DNA of 44,700 nt from Craspedostauros australis (Eukaryota), in assembly GCA_030167865.1 (NCBI GenBank), contig JALAGF010001873.1, forward strand, positions 1 to 44,700, read 5' to 3'. Numbering within the stretch: position 1 is the first letter of the stretch; each line of letters opens with the position of its first letter. Shown here piece after piece: positions 22,639 through 33,021 of the stretch. Below the pieces are notes generated by a model, which was not told the DNA's origin, ran no database searches, and saw only the letters and a list, made by a program, of their open reading frames with translations. A program made the position numbers and the translations under genes.

Positions 22639-25185
22639 ATGGTCGGTGGGGATTCACGCAGGAACAGAGAAAATGGCGCGAATGCCAACGAAAGTCACAG
22701 AGCCCAACCGTCTTCGTCGTCGTCAGCAGCAGCAGCAGGTCCTTTGAACGCAGCCGCATCCTCTGGATCTGCCTTGCCCCCCGCCTCGCAACCCATCGAT
22801 GTGGTGGCCTTCTTCGATGCTTCGCTGAGACAATCGCGGTCAGGCGGGAAGCCCAACGTTCGGACGCCCAGCGGAGTCAATTCCACAGAATGGTACGATA
22901 GGGATCTCACGGAGGAGCAGCGCAAGATCATCGACCAGGGCATCACCGCCATGGTCTACCGCGGGTGTATGGACGCAGCCAAACGGTACTTCGATGACAG
23001 CGTCGTTCGCATGAAGGGTGCTGGTGCAGATAGACGTCGTCGTGGAAGAGGAGATGTCGGCAGAGGAGGAGACGGCGGTGGTGGTGGCCGTGGTGGCAAC
23101 CCGAATGGCAGACCCCCGATGGGCCATCCATCGCGCATGCCGCCACCGCAATTCCCTCCGCATCACCATCCCGGTCATCCTCCCCCACCCTTTCATCCGC
23201 ATCATCATCCGGGTCATCCGCATGACATGCACTACGGTGGCAATGGTGGCGGCGGCGGTGGCAGTGGAGAGAGAGGAGGTCCTCAGCCTCCTTTTTCTGG
23301 CGACTTTCATGGTCATTATGGTCCACCAGGCGATCATTTCAATAGCTACGGACCACCGCCGATGAGACATTCGGCGCACATGCAACAGCCACCACCATCG
23401 CATCATGGTGCGTACGGGCCAGATTCAGGTCACTACGGAGGCGAGGGTAGATACGACGAGCACAGGTACTCCATGGAACGTGATCCTCGCGGCGGCGGTG
23501 GTGGTGGCGGTGGTCGTAGTGCAGGTAATGACAGAGGTGGGCCAGGTATGGACGGCAGGGATGGAAGGCCTCGCAGAGGTAGCGGAAGTGGTGGTGGCGG
23601 TCCGGATGAACGGGACTACGACCGACGCATGAGGGGACGTGGTCGACGCAACAGCCCGTCGAAGCACAATGATGATGATGGCGACTCGTACTACAACCGC
23701 GATCGTGGAGATCGACGGCATTACAGACGGTCGTTGTCATCCAGTCGCAGTCGAAGCAGAAGTCCGGGCAGAAGCCATGGATCCAGCAGCCGCCAGTACC
23801 ATCACCGACGCAGATCGCGATCCAGATCCAGGTCCAGATCATCCAGGGGTGGCAGCAGGCGTTACCATGACCATCATCGTCGCCGCAGTCCATCCCGATC
23901 GGCGTCGTACGATTCGCGTCGTTCTCCGTCACGCTCGCGGTCCAATGAGCGGAACTCGCGACAGAGCAGCGCCAATCGAAGCCAGCAGCAGCAACAGCAG
24001 CATCCACACTCTTCCGTGGACGGCTCAACGAGCAATCGCCCATCCAACGACGACGGCCGAACGCAACCAACAGATCATGACAATCAAAGGCAGCAGCAGC
24101 AGTATGAGTATGAGGGACAGGTGGGTTCATCGCGAAAGGAAGGTGACGCAACAGGAGCAACGGCAAGTAGCACCCGCGACGAGGGAAATGGTCGGCGATC
24201 CACATCGGAACGTGATCGGGATCGTTCCAGACGCGGAGATCAACGTCGCAGCCGAATCGATGACAACGATAGTGAGTACAGGAGCAGCAGCCGACGCAGA
24301 AGCAGCCGCAGACGTTACAGCAGCAGGTCGCGATCGAGATCTCGCGACCGCAGACGATCCAGTCGCAGCCGCAGTCGGGATCGCAGCCTGAGTCCAAGCA
24401 ACGACCGCAAGCGTCGATCCGGGACAACGTCCGGTCACAAACGCCGACGTGGCAGCAAGGATGATGAGATGGACGACCGCAGCAACATCAGTCAGGATGA
24501 TGGCGCTACCGGAGATGGAGGATCTCAAACGGATGCCAATGCAACAACCGATGGGGATGGGCGACAGCGTTCCAGCGATGCGGAACGCACGCGCGATCGC
24601 AAGCGACGCAGCGAACGCCGAAGCCGACGCGACCGTCGTTCGTCCTCACGACGTGAGCGCAAGCGTCGCAATCACGGCAGCAGCAGCACCACGACCGCAA
24701 CCAACACAACGATGACAACGACGGGGTCTCTGAGCGGATCGGAACGCAGCGTCTCCTCATCCGTGCGCAAAAAGAAGAGCAGCCGAGACTCCTCAAAACG
24801 CCGGCGCCGTCGCAACCGTTCCAACGATAGCCGCCGAGATGGTGACCGCGACAGGGATCGAGATTACGATCATCGCAAGAGCGACGGTGATTCCGGCAGT
24901 CGGCGCTCAGAGCAGGCAGAGGCCAGCAGCAGTGCTCGAGAAGTTGGGCGCGGCAACGAATCATCGGCAATCGCGAGCGGAGCAGCGCCAGCAGCATCCC
25001 AACCATCGAGCGAGGCAAACGCAGCACCATCATCATCCACAAACACCAACGTCAACAGCAGCACTGCGAACAACACCAACACTGCGAATACCAACAACAA
25101 CAACACCGCCAGCGGCGCCAACAGCAATAACAACAATAACGGATCCTCCTCGAACTGGCGTAATCCATTCGAGACGGAGCTGTAA
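22639..25185 (+). CDS. Low-complexity RS/G/P/H-rich protein, 848 aa (SR-related, possibly nuclear RNA processing)
   Basis: Uninterrupted 2.5-kb ORF with RSRSRS tracts, RGG boxes, a P/H-rich segment and basic NLS-like clusters. A short ordered-looking segment lies near the N-terminus. First in-frame ATG at 22639. Confidence 0.8.
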   Translation: MVGGDSRRNRENGANANESHRAQPSSSSSAAAAGPLNAAASSGSALPPASQPIDVVAFFDASLRQSRSGGKPNVRTPSGVNSTEWYDRDLTEEQRKIIDQGITAMVYRGCMDAAKRYFDDSVVRMKGAGADRRRRGRGDVGRGGDGGGGGRGGNPNGRPPMGHPSRMPPPQFPPHHHPGHPPPPFHPHHHPGHPHDMHYGGNGGGGGGSGERGGPQPPFSGDFHGHYGPPGDHFNSYGPPPMRHSAHMQQPPPSHHGAYGPDSGHYGGEGRYDEHRYSMERDPRGGGGGGGGRSAGNDRGGPGMDGRDGRPRRGSGSGGGGPDERDYDRRMRGRGRRNSPSKHNDDDGDSYYNRDRGDRRHYRRSLSSSRSRSRSPGRSHGSSSRQYHHRRRSRSRSRSRSSRGGSRRYHDHHRRRSPSRSASYDSRRSPSRSRSNERNSRQSSANRSQQQQQQHPHSSVDGSTSNRPSNDDGRTQPTDHDNQRQQQQYEYEGQVGSSRKEGDATGATASSTRDEGNGRRSTSERDRDRSRRGDQRRSRIDDNDSEYRSSSRRRSSRRRYSSRSRSRSRDRRRSSRSRSRDRSLSPSNDRKRRSGTTSGHKRRRGSKDDEMDDRSNISQDDGATGDGGSQTDANATTDGDGRQRSSDAERTRDRKRRSERRSRRDRRSSSRRERKRRNHGSSSTTTATNTTMTTTGSLSGSERSVSSSVRKKKSSRDSSKRRRRRNRSNDSRRDGDRDRDRDYDHRKSDGDSGSRRSEQAEASSSAREVGRGNESSAIASGAAPAASQPSSEANAAPSSSTNTNVNSSTANNTNTANTNNNNTASGANSNNNNNGSSSNWRNPFETEL

Positions 25186-26871
25186 GAGTCGACCATGGAA
25201 GCAGCAACGACTGATGCCACCAAACAAGAGTCAACCAATAATACCCAACAAAAGAAAAGACACCACAATACAATACAACCCAACACAATCAAATGATGAA
25301 TGCGATTTTGAACGAGAAGAAAAATGAAAAGAGATGAGATGCAATAACATGAAAAGAACGCACGCACAGGTGCGTGCCCACAAGTATCAGGAAGATAGGA
25401 AGGAGGGGACGCACAATCGTGAACCCGACAGACTGCACATAACGATAGAAAGACAGCTACTACCATACAAACACATGCATGCATGCACGCAAACAAGGAG
25501 AAACGCAGTCGAAGAGACAAACAACAACGACACACAGTCGTTGACCACATGGGAGCCTATGGATAGAGCGCATCCGACCACCACCGACAGCAACCACGTA
25601 TCAGCGGCAAAGGGAACAAGAGGCCATCATCAATCAAGACTCTGCACTCCACACCACACCGTGCACGTCATAAAGCAATAAAAACCATTCTAACAGATAA
25701 GAACGCGCAACACGATGACGAGTGTCAAAAGCAGCAGGTTGTCGAGAGCGTGCGGTCTATTTGTGTGATAGCTGCAGGAGCATCTCGAACCTTTCGCGCA
25801 TGCCAGTCTTCTCTCCCTTATCGACAACACGAAGACCGACGAACGAACCATCCAACAAGGAGAGTCCAGCGTCTTTGTGGACCGTCTTTTCCTGTTTGTT
25901 CTTGCCCGACTCTTTTGGTACTATTCTCGCCTGCGCAGAGCAGCATTCTGCTGACAGCGTCCTCCTGTTTCTGTCGCCGGTCGGCGGCCAACCACAACAT
26001 GGACAGAAGGCAAGGATGAAACCATCGCGCCATTGTCACCTCCTGGTCATCGCAACTGATCGCGCGATCTTTTCATCCCGAAACGTGTGCGCAAGATCCA
26101 TGGTCTTGTTTGTTCGGAGCAAAGTGTCGTGGGACGTCGAGCGACACGGCAATACGGATGCAGAGGAGACAGGCACAGAAATCTATTCCGCAATGGAGAT
26201 CATCGTCATCGTCTTGATGAGCCAAACGTCGGCGACGAAGAGGGCGGAGGATGAAGATGAAAAGGCACTACTATACCAACCTCTTCCTGTGTCTGTCTCC
26301 CCGCTGTGAAGTTCACGACTCCATCCTCAGGTGACGAAACGCCGCCAGGATCATCCTTGACTTCCGTTTTCCGCCTCCAATTCCTCACTTCGTCCCAACA
26401 CGACTCCGGATGGAACGATCGTTTCGAGCATCGCAAGCGTGAACCCCTCTTGGATCTTCCGATGTGATCAACGACGACGGAAGGACAGCGAAGACGGACA
26501 AGACTTATCCGTTTTTTTTACGGGGGTGCGTGCGCTCAAGTGTCTTCTCCTTCGCCGGCAGCACCATTTAACGCCCATTTCGAACGCGCTGTTTGAGCAA
26601 TGTTCCTAGAAGTTCTTGTCATGACATCCAGACGCACAACTCCAGTTTGTCATTCCCACGACCTGTGATGGTGCGACTCGTCGCTGCGTTCTTTCCTTCG
26701 CAACGAGCGGTACACTTCGCCTGAGCAGAGTTGAGTAGACCAGTGACAGTCGCGAAGGGGACTCCCTTGTGCAGGTGACCGCGGGAAGCGGCGGCGCAAA
26801 ATTGAAAAGATCATTACCAAAAGCAGCATGGCGTCTTGATCCGCGCTGTTCTTCACACACAACCACTCAAC

Positions 26872-26923
26872 GCGCAGCAATGTTCCGGTCAGAAGTTGCG
26901 CAGCGATGTCCCGGTCAGAAGTT
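26872..26923 (+). repeat. 26-bp near-perfect tandem duplication upstream of the Dispatched-like gene
   Basis: gcgcagcaatgttccggtcagaagtt followed by gcgcagcgatgtcccggtcagaagtt (2 mismatches). Confidence 0.85.
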
Positions 26924-27244
26924 CCAGCAAAGCCTCCGACGCCTCCGCTCCACACATTCCCTCTCCTTGCGTGGTCACGGTCAACAACAACAACACACGC
27001 ACGACGAGAGCCGTCTCCATTGTTGGGTGACTCCGACTTGTTCGTTCTCTGTCATCATAAAATTAAAAGACAGAGACGTTGCAACACAACGATCGACAAG
27101 TCCCCACCAACGCCTCTCTCCAACCACCAAAGAGAGAGATACAGAGAGATACAGAGATAGGAGGCAGACAATCTCACAATCGTGACAGAACGCAAAAAGC
27201 CCCTCCCTCCCATCACCACGAAGACCAATAGAAACACCACCACC

Positions 27245-30200
27245 ATGGCGGAGACCGACAACGGCAACGGCTTCGAGGTCCGGGCGCAGTCCTATGACTC
27301 GTCTGATGACAACAACGACAATCATGACATGCAACCGGAGAAGGAGATGAAGAAGACGGCCGGCAACAACGGCGGCGAAGAAGCCAACGAAACCGAGGAT
27401 GATCTGAACGGCATCCTGGAGAGACAGGCGAAGCACGTCGCGCGCAATCCATGCGCCTACTTCTGGGCATCCTTCATCTCCGCAATCGTCGTGTCCGCCA
27501 TCGGCCTGGTGGTCGGCGAGTTCTCCGTCAGCGCGAACACCGGTGGTTGGTCGACGAGAGGAACCCTCATCGCAGACCGCCAGACGCAGATCGGGCTCGT
27601 CAACACCTTCGGCGATGGCTTGTCGTCTGCCAACGAAGCCCTGTGGGTGGACCTCACCACCAACATCCAGGAGGGACAGGGCGATGACGATGATGAGGGC
27701 GGCCGCCGCAACCTGCGCGGAGTCGATGCCTCACCTTCCGATGGCAGCGGAGTCGGTATCATTGAGAGTCGCCTCGCGGAGGTTCACGACTTTCCTGCTC
27801 GTGCCGATTCTCTCGTCGACTTCCTCAAGCCTCAGACGGATCGCTTCCTCGTCTCACATGATGGCCAGGAGAGCCGAGCCAATTTTCTTACGTCCCAGGC
27901 AACCAAGGGGCCTTCCCGCCATCTCCAGGAGGACTTCACCAGCTGGTTGGGTGATTGCGATATCACCATGTACACCGAAGGTGCTCTCTTCGAGAACACT
28001 CGCCTTTGGCCCATCTGGAAGACCTCCTCGAGCTACGGCACCGCCCTCCACCCGGAGGTGCTCAAGGATCTCTGCATCGCCGAGGAGAATACCCAGAAGG
28101 TTCTTGAGGACAACGACTTCTGCTCCAAGTGTCGCGAAAGCAACACCAAATGCGCGCCGCCATCTTCCATCGTCCTTTACGCACGTTACCACGTCGAAAA
28201 TGGACACACCATGTCCTGCGAAGATCTTGCCACGGCATGGGCACCGCTCCAGGCTGACACCGAGGCAACGTGGAAGAGCTGCGTGCAGCAGATCAAGGCC
28301 AACTTCGATCCCGAGAGCACTCAGCTTCCGGAGATCTGTCCATTTGGCTTCTCGACCACCTTCATTGACGAAAGCTTCGACACGACAGGCGTCCTCGAGT
28401 ACACCTCGACTGTCTTCGTCACATATCCCTCCACAGAGAACGTGGAAAACATGTACGACAAGGAAGGGTCATACGATCGGGGATCATCCAAGATTTCCGC
28501 CAAGTACGACACGCAATACGAGGACTTCAACAATCTCTTCGTCGACACCATGCTGACCCGCGACATGTCCTTGGCCATGGCTTCTGCTGTCATTGTGGGG
28601 ATCGCCATCTTGGTCCACACCCGCAGTCCATTCCTCACTGGAGTTGGATTGCTGCAGATCATCTTCAGCTTCCCGCTTGCCTTCTTCGTGTACAAGCTCG
28701 TCATCGGACTGGATTTCTTTCCGTTCCTCAACTTCATCGGAGTGTTTGTGATCTTCGCTCTTGGAGCGGATGATGTAAGTGACGCAACAGCGATGATGCC
28801 TGTCAATGTGATTGCATCGTTGATGACGACCATGACAATCATTATGTTGACAATGATGATGGGATACATCAAGCATTGCACCACCACAGCGCTGCCACAA
28901 CTTCCACCACCATCAGCATACTCTCACACACACCACCTCATCCTTTCTACAAATACATTCGCACTGATTACGCCAACGCCACACACCCAATCGCTACCAC
29001 CGACAACGACAACGACGACAACAGGTCTTCGTCGCGGTGGATAAATGGAAGAATACTCGCTTGGAACATCCAAATGCCACCACCGAGTATGTTGCGGCCA
29101 AGGCTCTCCCGGATGCCGCCGGTGCCATGTTCCTCACCACAGTCACAACTGCAGTTGCTTTCTTCGCGACAGCCATCTGCCCTGTCGCTCCGGTCAAGAT
29201 GTTTGCCATCTTCTGCGGATTGCTGGTCCTATTTGATTACATCATGGATGTTCTCCTGGTGTTCCCGGCCCTTTGCTTGTACGACCGTTACATCCAGGCA
29301 TCGCCAGATGGACGTCCGAACTGCTGCATCTCCATCGTGGGATGCTGCGCGAAAAAGAGCGACGATGATGACAACGATGCCGAGGCCGACGAACGACCAT
29401 CGTTCATTCGTCGCACACTCCTGTCGTACTTCGACCTCGCCTCGAAGTTGCGATGGGTACTCCTGCTCGCGAGTGTGGCAGCATTCGGCATCACCACGTA
29501 CTTCGCATCAACGCTGGAACTTCCAACCTCGTCCGATGTTCGCCTCCTGGACGAGAGCTACGAATTTGAAGCCAACTACGTTTGGAGACAGAAGACCTTG
29601 TACGATCAGCTCGACAGATCTGGAGGCAGCACAGCCTACGTTATTTGGGGAGTCAATCCGGCCGATACAGGCGATCACAGTAAGTTAACAATCACTCGTG
29701 CTCATTGTGAAAATGATGATGCCAACGATGCCGACGATGGCAACATTCAACGGGAACACGCATGCCGCGGGAACCATGACTGCACAGACCAGGCATCTTG
29801 TGATGTTCGAGTATCGACCCGCATCCATCTCACCTTCCCAACATCTGTTCTCTTCTTGCATCATGTTTCCACCCGAATGCCACATGCACTATCCACCATT
29901 TCATTCTACCATCCTTGTTCTCGCGCTTGCCCTTACCCCTGCCCATGTGCTTACGCAGACAACCCCGACGAATGGTCCACACTCGAATTGGATTCCAGCT
30001 TCGACCCATCCACGACGGAGGCACAGGAGCACCTTCTTGGATTCTGCGACGCCATGTTCGCAAAGGACTTCGCCGACAAGCCAAACAAGGAGTACAAATG
30101 CTCCATCAACCAGTTCCATGAGTGGTTGGTTGATCAGAGCGGATCAGACACGCCAGTTGCCTCATACACAGAGAATTGCGATGGCGCCACAGGTGTGCCA

Positions 30201-31085
30201 ATGGCATCTGACAAATTCGATGCCTGCATCGAGGCCTGGACGCTGTATTCTGCTGACAACAACGTCCTCATCCGCAACAGCAAGGTCGAGATCATCATCT
30301 TCGCATTCGGATCCGGGGTCCGATATGACGACCCGTACGACGTGCTCGATGACGAATGGAACGAGATCGAAGACTGGATGAAGATGATGAACAACGAAGC
30401 GCCGCGTGAAGCGAGAAGAGCGTTCTTCTCGTCCGAAGATTTCTGGTGGTACGACACCAACGGAAAGATGCTTGCAACGGCGTATGGATCTGCCGGCATC
30501 GCTTTGGGTGCCGCCGCAGCCATGCTCCTGCTGACATCAAGATCCCTCGTCTTGACTCTCTTCTCTACCTCCACAGTCGCCTACGTCCTAGTATCCGTCA
30601 CAGCCACATTGGTGTCTCTTGGATGGACGCTTGGTTTCCTTGAGTCCATCTGCTTCGCCATCCTCATCGGTATCTCATGTGACTTCGTGCTCCATTTCAG
30701 CCATGCCTACGCCTCGAAGGAAGGTGAAGTGTCGCGGGAAGAACGCACGAAGTTTGCCCTGATCTACATGGGTCCATCCATCCTCGCTGGTGCCTTCACA
30801 ACACTGGCATCGGCCTGCATCATGCTGGGAACCGTGATCAGCTTCTTCCAGAAGTTCGCCGTCATTCTATTTATGACGGTCGTCCAAGCCACAATTGGCT
30901 GCTTCATCGTTTTCGTCGCGTTGGTGCTTTGCATCGGACCATCGGACCCGCTCAAGCTTTACAACACGATTGTCGGCAGCTGCGGTGGCGGCGGCAACAA
31001 CAACTCGGAACGGTCGGACGCCAGCTTCGACAAGACAAAGAATCCAGAGGATACCAGCGACGAACCGCGCGTGCAGACTTACTAA
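27245..31085 (+). CDS. Patched/Dispatched-family (RND, sterol-sensing domain) 12-TM protein; exons 27245-28774, 29025-29679, 29959-31085; 1103 aa
   Basis: 1 TM + Cys-rich loop + 5 TM, repeated twice. TM4 motif ALGADDVFV, AMFLTTVTTAVAFFA, TM10 motif IGISCDFVLHFSHAY, MGPSILAGAFTT. GT-AG introns 28775-29024 and 29680-29958. Confidence 0.9.
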
Positions 31086-31461
31086 GCTGCAGAAACAAAC
31101 ATGCAAACAAGCGAGGTACTACTTTCTCGAAGGGCTTCCTTTGAGGAAGCCCAATTGCGAGGCAGAGCTCTCCTTCCCTCGGGAACTTCACCCGCCAGTA
31201 CGAGTACTGGTATCTGTGGTAATACATACAATGCGATACAACATTCACATTCAGCCTGCTCTTTCATCCTCTACTTGTATGGATTAGTGCTTATTCTTAT
31301 GCCGACGCTTGTGCCATGCGCTCTCTCAAGGAGGCATGCTGTCTTGCAAGTTTGTGTTCGATACGCTTCAGACTCAGAATGCTAACCTTCTCTGGTGTCT
31401 CTGACGACTCTTTCCTTCCTCTGTGTGCACTCTGGTTGTCCTTCATCTCGCACTCACTCAC

Positions 31462-33021
31462 TCATTCATTCACCCATTCATCCACTGATTCGAGTGATGT
31501 ACTGTTGCTCTTCACAGCACGAACCATCTCCAACAACGACGCACGGTCCAAGTCGACCGTCAGCAGCTCATGCCCCTGCTTGAACAGCTCCTTGTACAGC
31601 TCCCCCACCGACATGCGACTCCATTCATCCTCATGCATGCTGTTGGCACCAGGAGATGTGTTGCTGTCATCGAATTGACTGCGGATCTCTGCCAACAACT
31701 CAGTGTGTCCCACGAGGAGACCAAACTTGGGATGGCAGAACAGGGCCGATGTGTCTTGGGCAGCCTTGCGAACACCGGCATCCTTCAGCATGAAGCATCC
31801 GTGTTGTTCAGCGAAGACGAGCAGATCGACGAGAGTCTCTTGTGTCATATGCTTGCGGATGAGGGTGGCTTCGATGATGAGCTTGAGTTTCCAGCAGCGG
31901 AATGTGGTTGCGACAGGAATGAGGTCCAGGAGGTCTTGCTGTGTGACACCATCTTGTCGCAAGAAGGAAGTATCGTTGCCATAGATGAATCGGAGGATGT
32001 TCTTGACGTCTTTCGGCTTGTTGTCCGGGAGCAAGATGATGGTGTTTGTTGTGGTGGCGATGGTGGTGTTGCTTTTGGTGTCGAACTGGAGAGCAGTGGA
32101 CTGATCAACGATTCCTTGATCGAGGACCGCTTCGATGCCAGGAACGGCGGTGAGCAGAACTCCGCTGTTAACCTTGATCATCTGTCGTTCATCGACGTGT
32201 CCTACCAAGAGTGTGAGATCCGCAGCGAACTGATGCTTAAGAGCCCTGAGTCTGTCATGGTTTACGTTGATATTGGATGCCCATGTTGCTTCGTACTCTG
32301 AACTACTTGAATCGTGCTGACGACGATGGCGCTGATGCTTCGGGTTTGCCTGGTTGGTCTTGTTGGCCTTCGTCGTTGACATCCGTTTTGGCTGCCCCAC
32401 CTGCGAAGTTCCGCACTTGGTTTGCAGATACTCGATGACTCTTTCATTTTTGCGCATTCTCGCAAGGTCCATCGGTGTGTCGCCGAAGTTGTTTCGAATA
32501 TCTACGTTACAACCGCAGGATTCGACGAGGTACTTGACGACCGTGAAACGATTGAATCTGCACGCGTCGTGGAGCGGAGTGTCGCCCTTGCTGTTCTGAA
32601 GATTGGCGTCTGCTGAGCAGGACTCCACCAAATATTTCATGCAAGCAATTCTGTTGTATCCGCATGCCACTTGGAACGCGGTCTTTCCCGATTCGTTGCG
32701 CGCGGTGATGTCCACTTGGTGTACTTCAACGAGGTATTTGAGCACTGACAACGCTCCTGCTCGGCAAGACACGTGCAGCGGGGTGCAGCCCTTCTTGTTC
32801 CGGGAAGTGAGATCCGCATCGCACGACGTTATCAAGAATTGAACAGCGGCGAGCTTATCTCCCTTACACGCATTGTGCAACGGCGTTGCGTAGCTGTCCG
32901 CCGATCGGATCGCGTTGACGGATGTATGTCGATTCTGAGCTCGCCATTTCTTGAGAGCTTCAAGATCACCTTTCTCTGCCGCATCGAGCAGCCTCAATTT
33001 CGTGGTTTTTGAGCTGGGCAT
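31462..33021 (-). CDS. Ankyrin-repeat + BTB/POZ (BACK-like) protein with a degenerate SAP-like tail, 519 aa, intronless
   Basis: About 5-6 ankyrin repeats (TPLHNAC, GCTPLHVSC, GKTAFQVAC, GDTPLHDAC, GDTPMDLA). BTB-like ADLTLLVG...ILRFIYG...ATTFRCWKLKLIIEA followed by LLVFAEQHGCFMLKDA. Confidence 0.88.
   Translation of the reverse strand: MPSSKTTKLRLLDAAEKGDLEALKKWRAQNRHTSVNAIRSADSYATPLHNACKGDKLAAVQFLITSCDADLTSRNKKGCTPLHVSCRAGALSVLKYLVEVHQVDITARNESGKTAFQVACGYNRIACMKYLVESCSADANLQNSKGDTPLHDACRFNRFTVVKYLVESCGCNVDIRNNFGDTPMDLARMRKNERVIEYLQTKCGTSQVGQPKRMSTTKANKTNQANPKHQRHRRQHDSSSSEYEATWASNINVNHDRLRALKHQFAADLTLLVGHVDERQMIKVNSGVLLTAVPGIEAVLDQGIVDQSTALQFDTKSNTTIATTTNTIILLPDNKPKDVKNILRFIYGNDTSFLRQDGVTQQDLLDLIPVATTFRCWKLKLIIEATLIRKHMTQETLVDLLVFAEQHGCFMLKDAGVRKAAQDTSALFCHPKFGLLVGHTELLAEIRSQFDDSNTSPGANSMHEDEWSRMSVGELYKELFKQGHELLTVDLDRASLLEMVRAVKSNSTSLESVDEWVNE

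Noticed and set aside
25722..26309. 195-aa ORF between the RS-rich and Dispatched-like genes
   Set aside because: Non-ATG start, no codon bias and no motif. Treated as intergenic.
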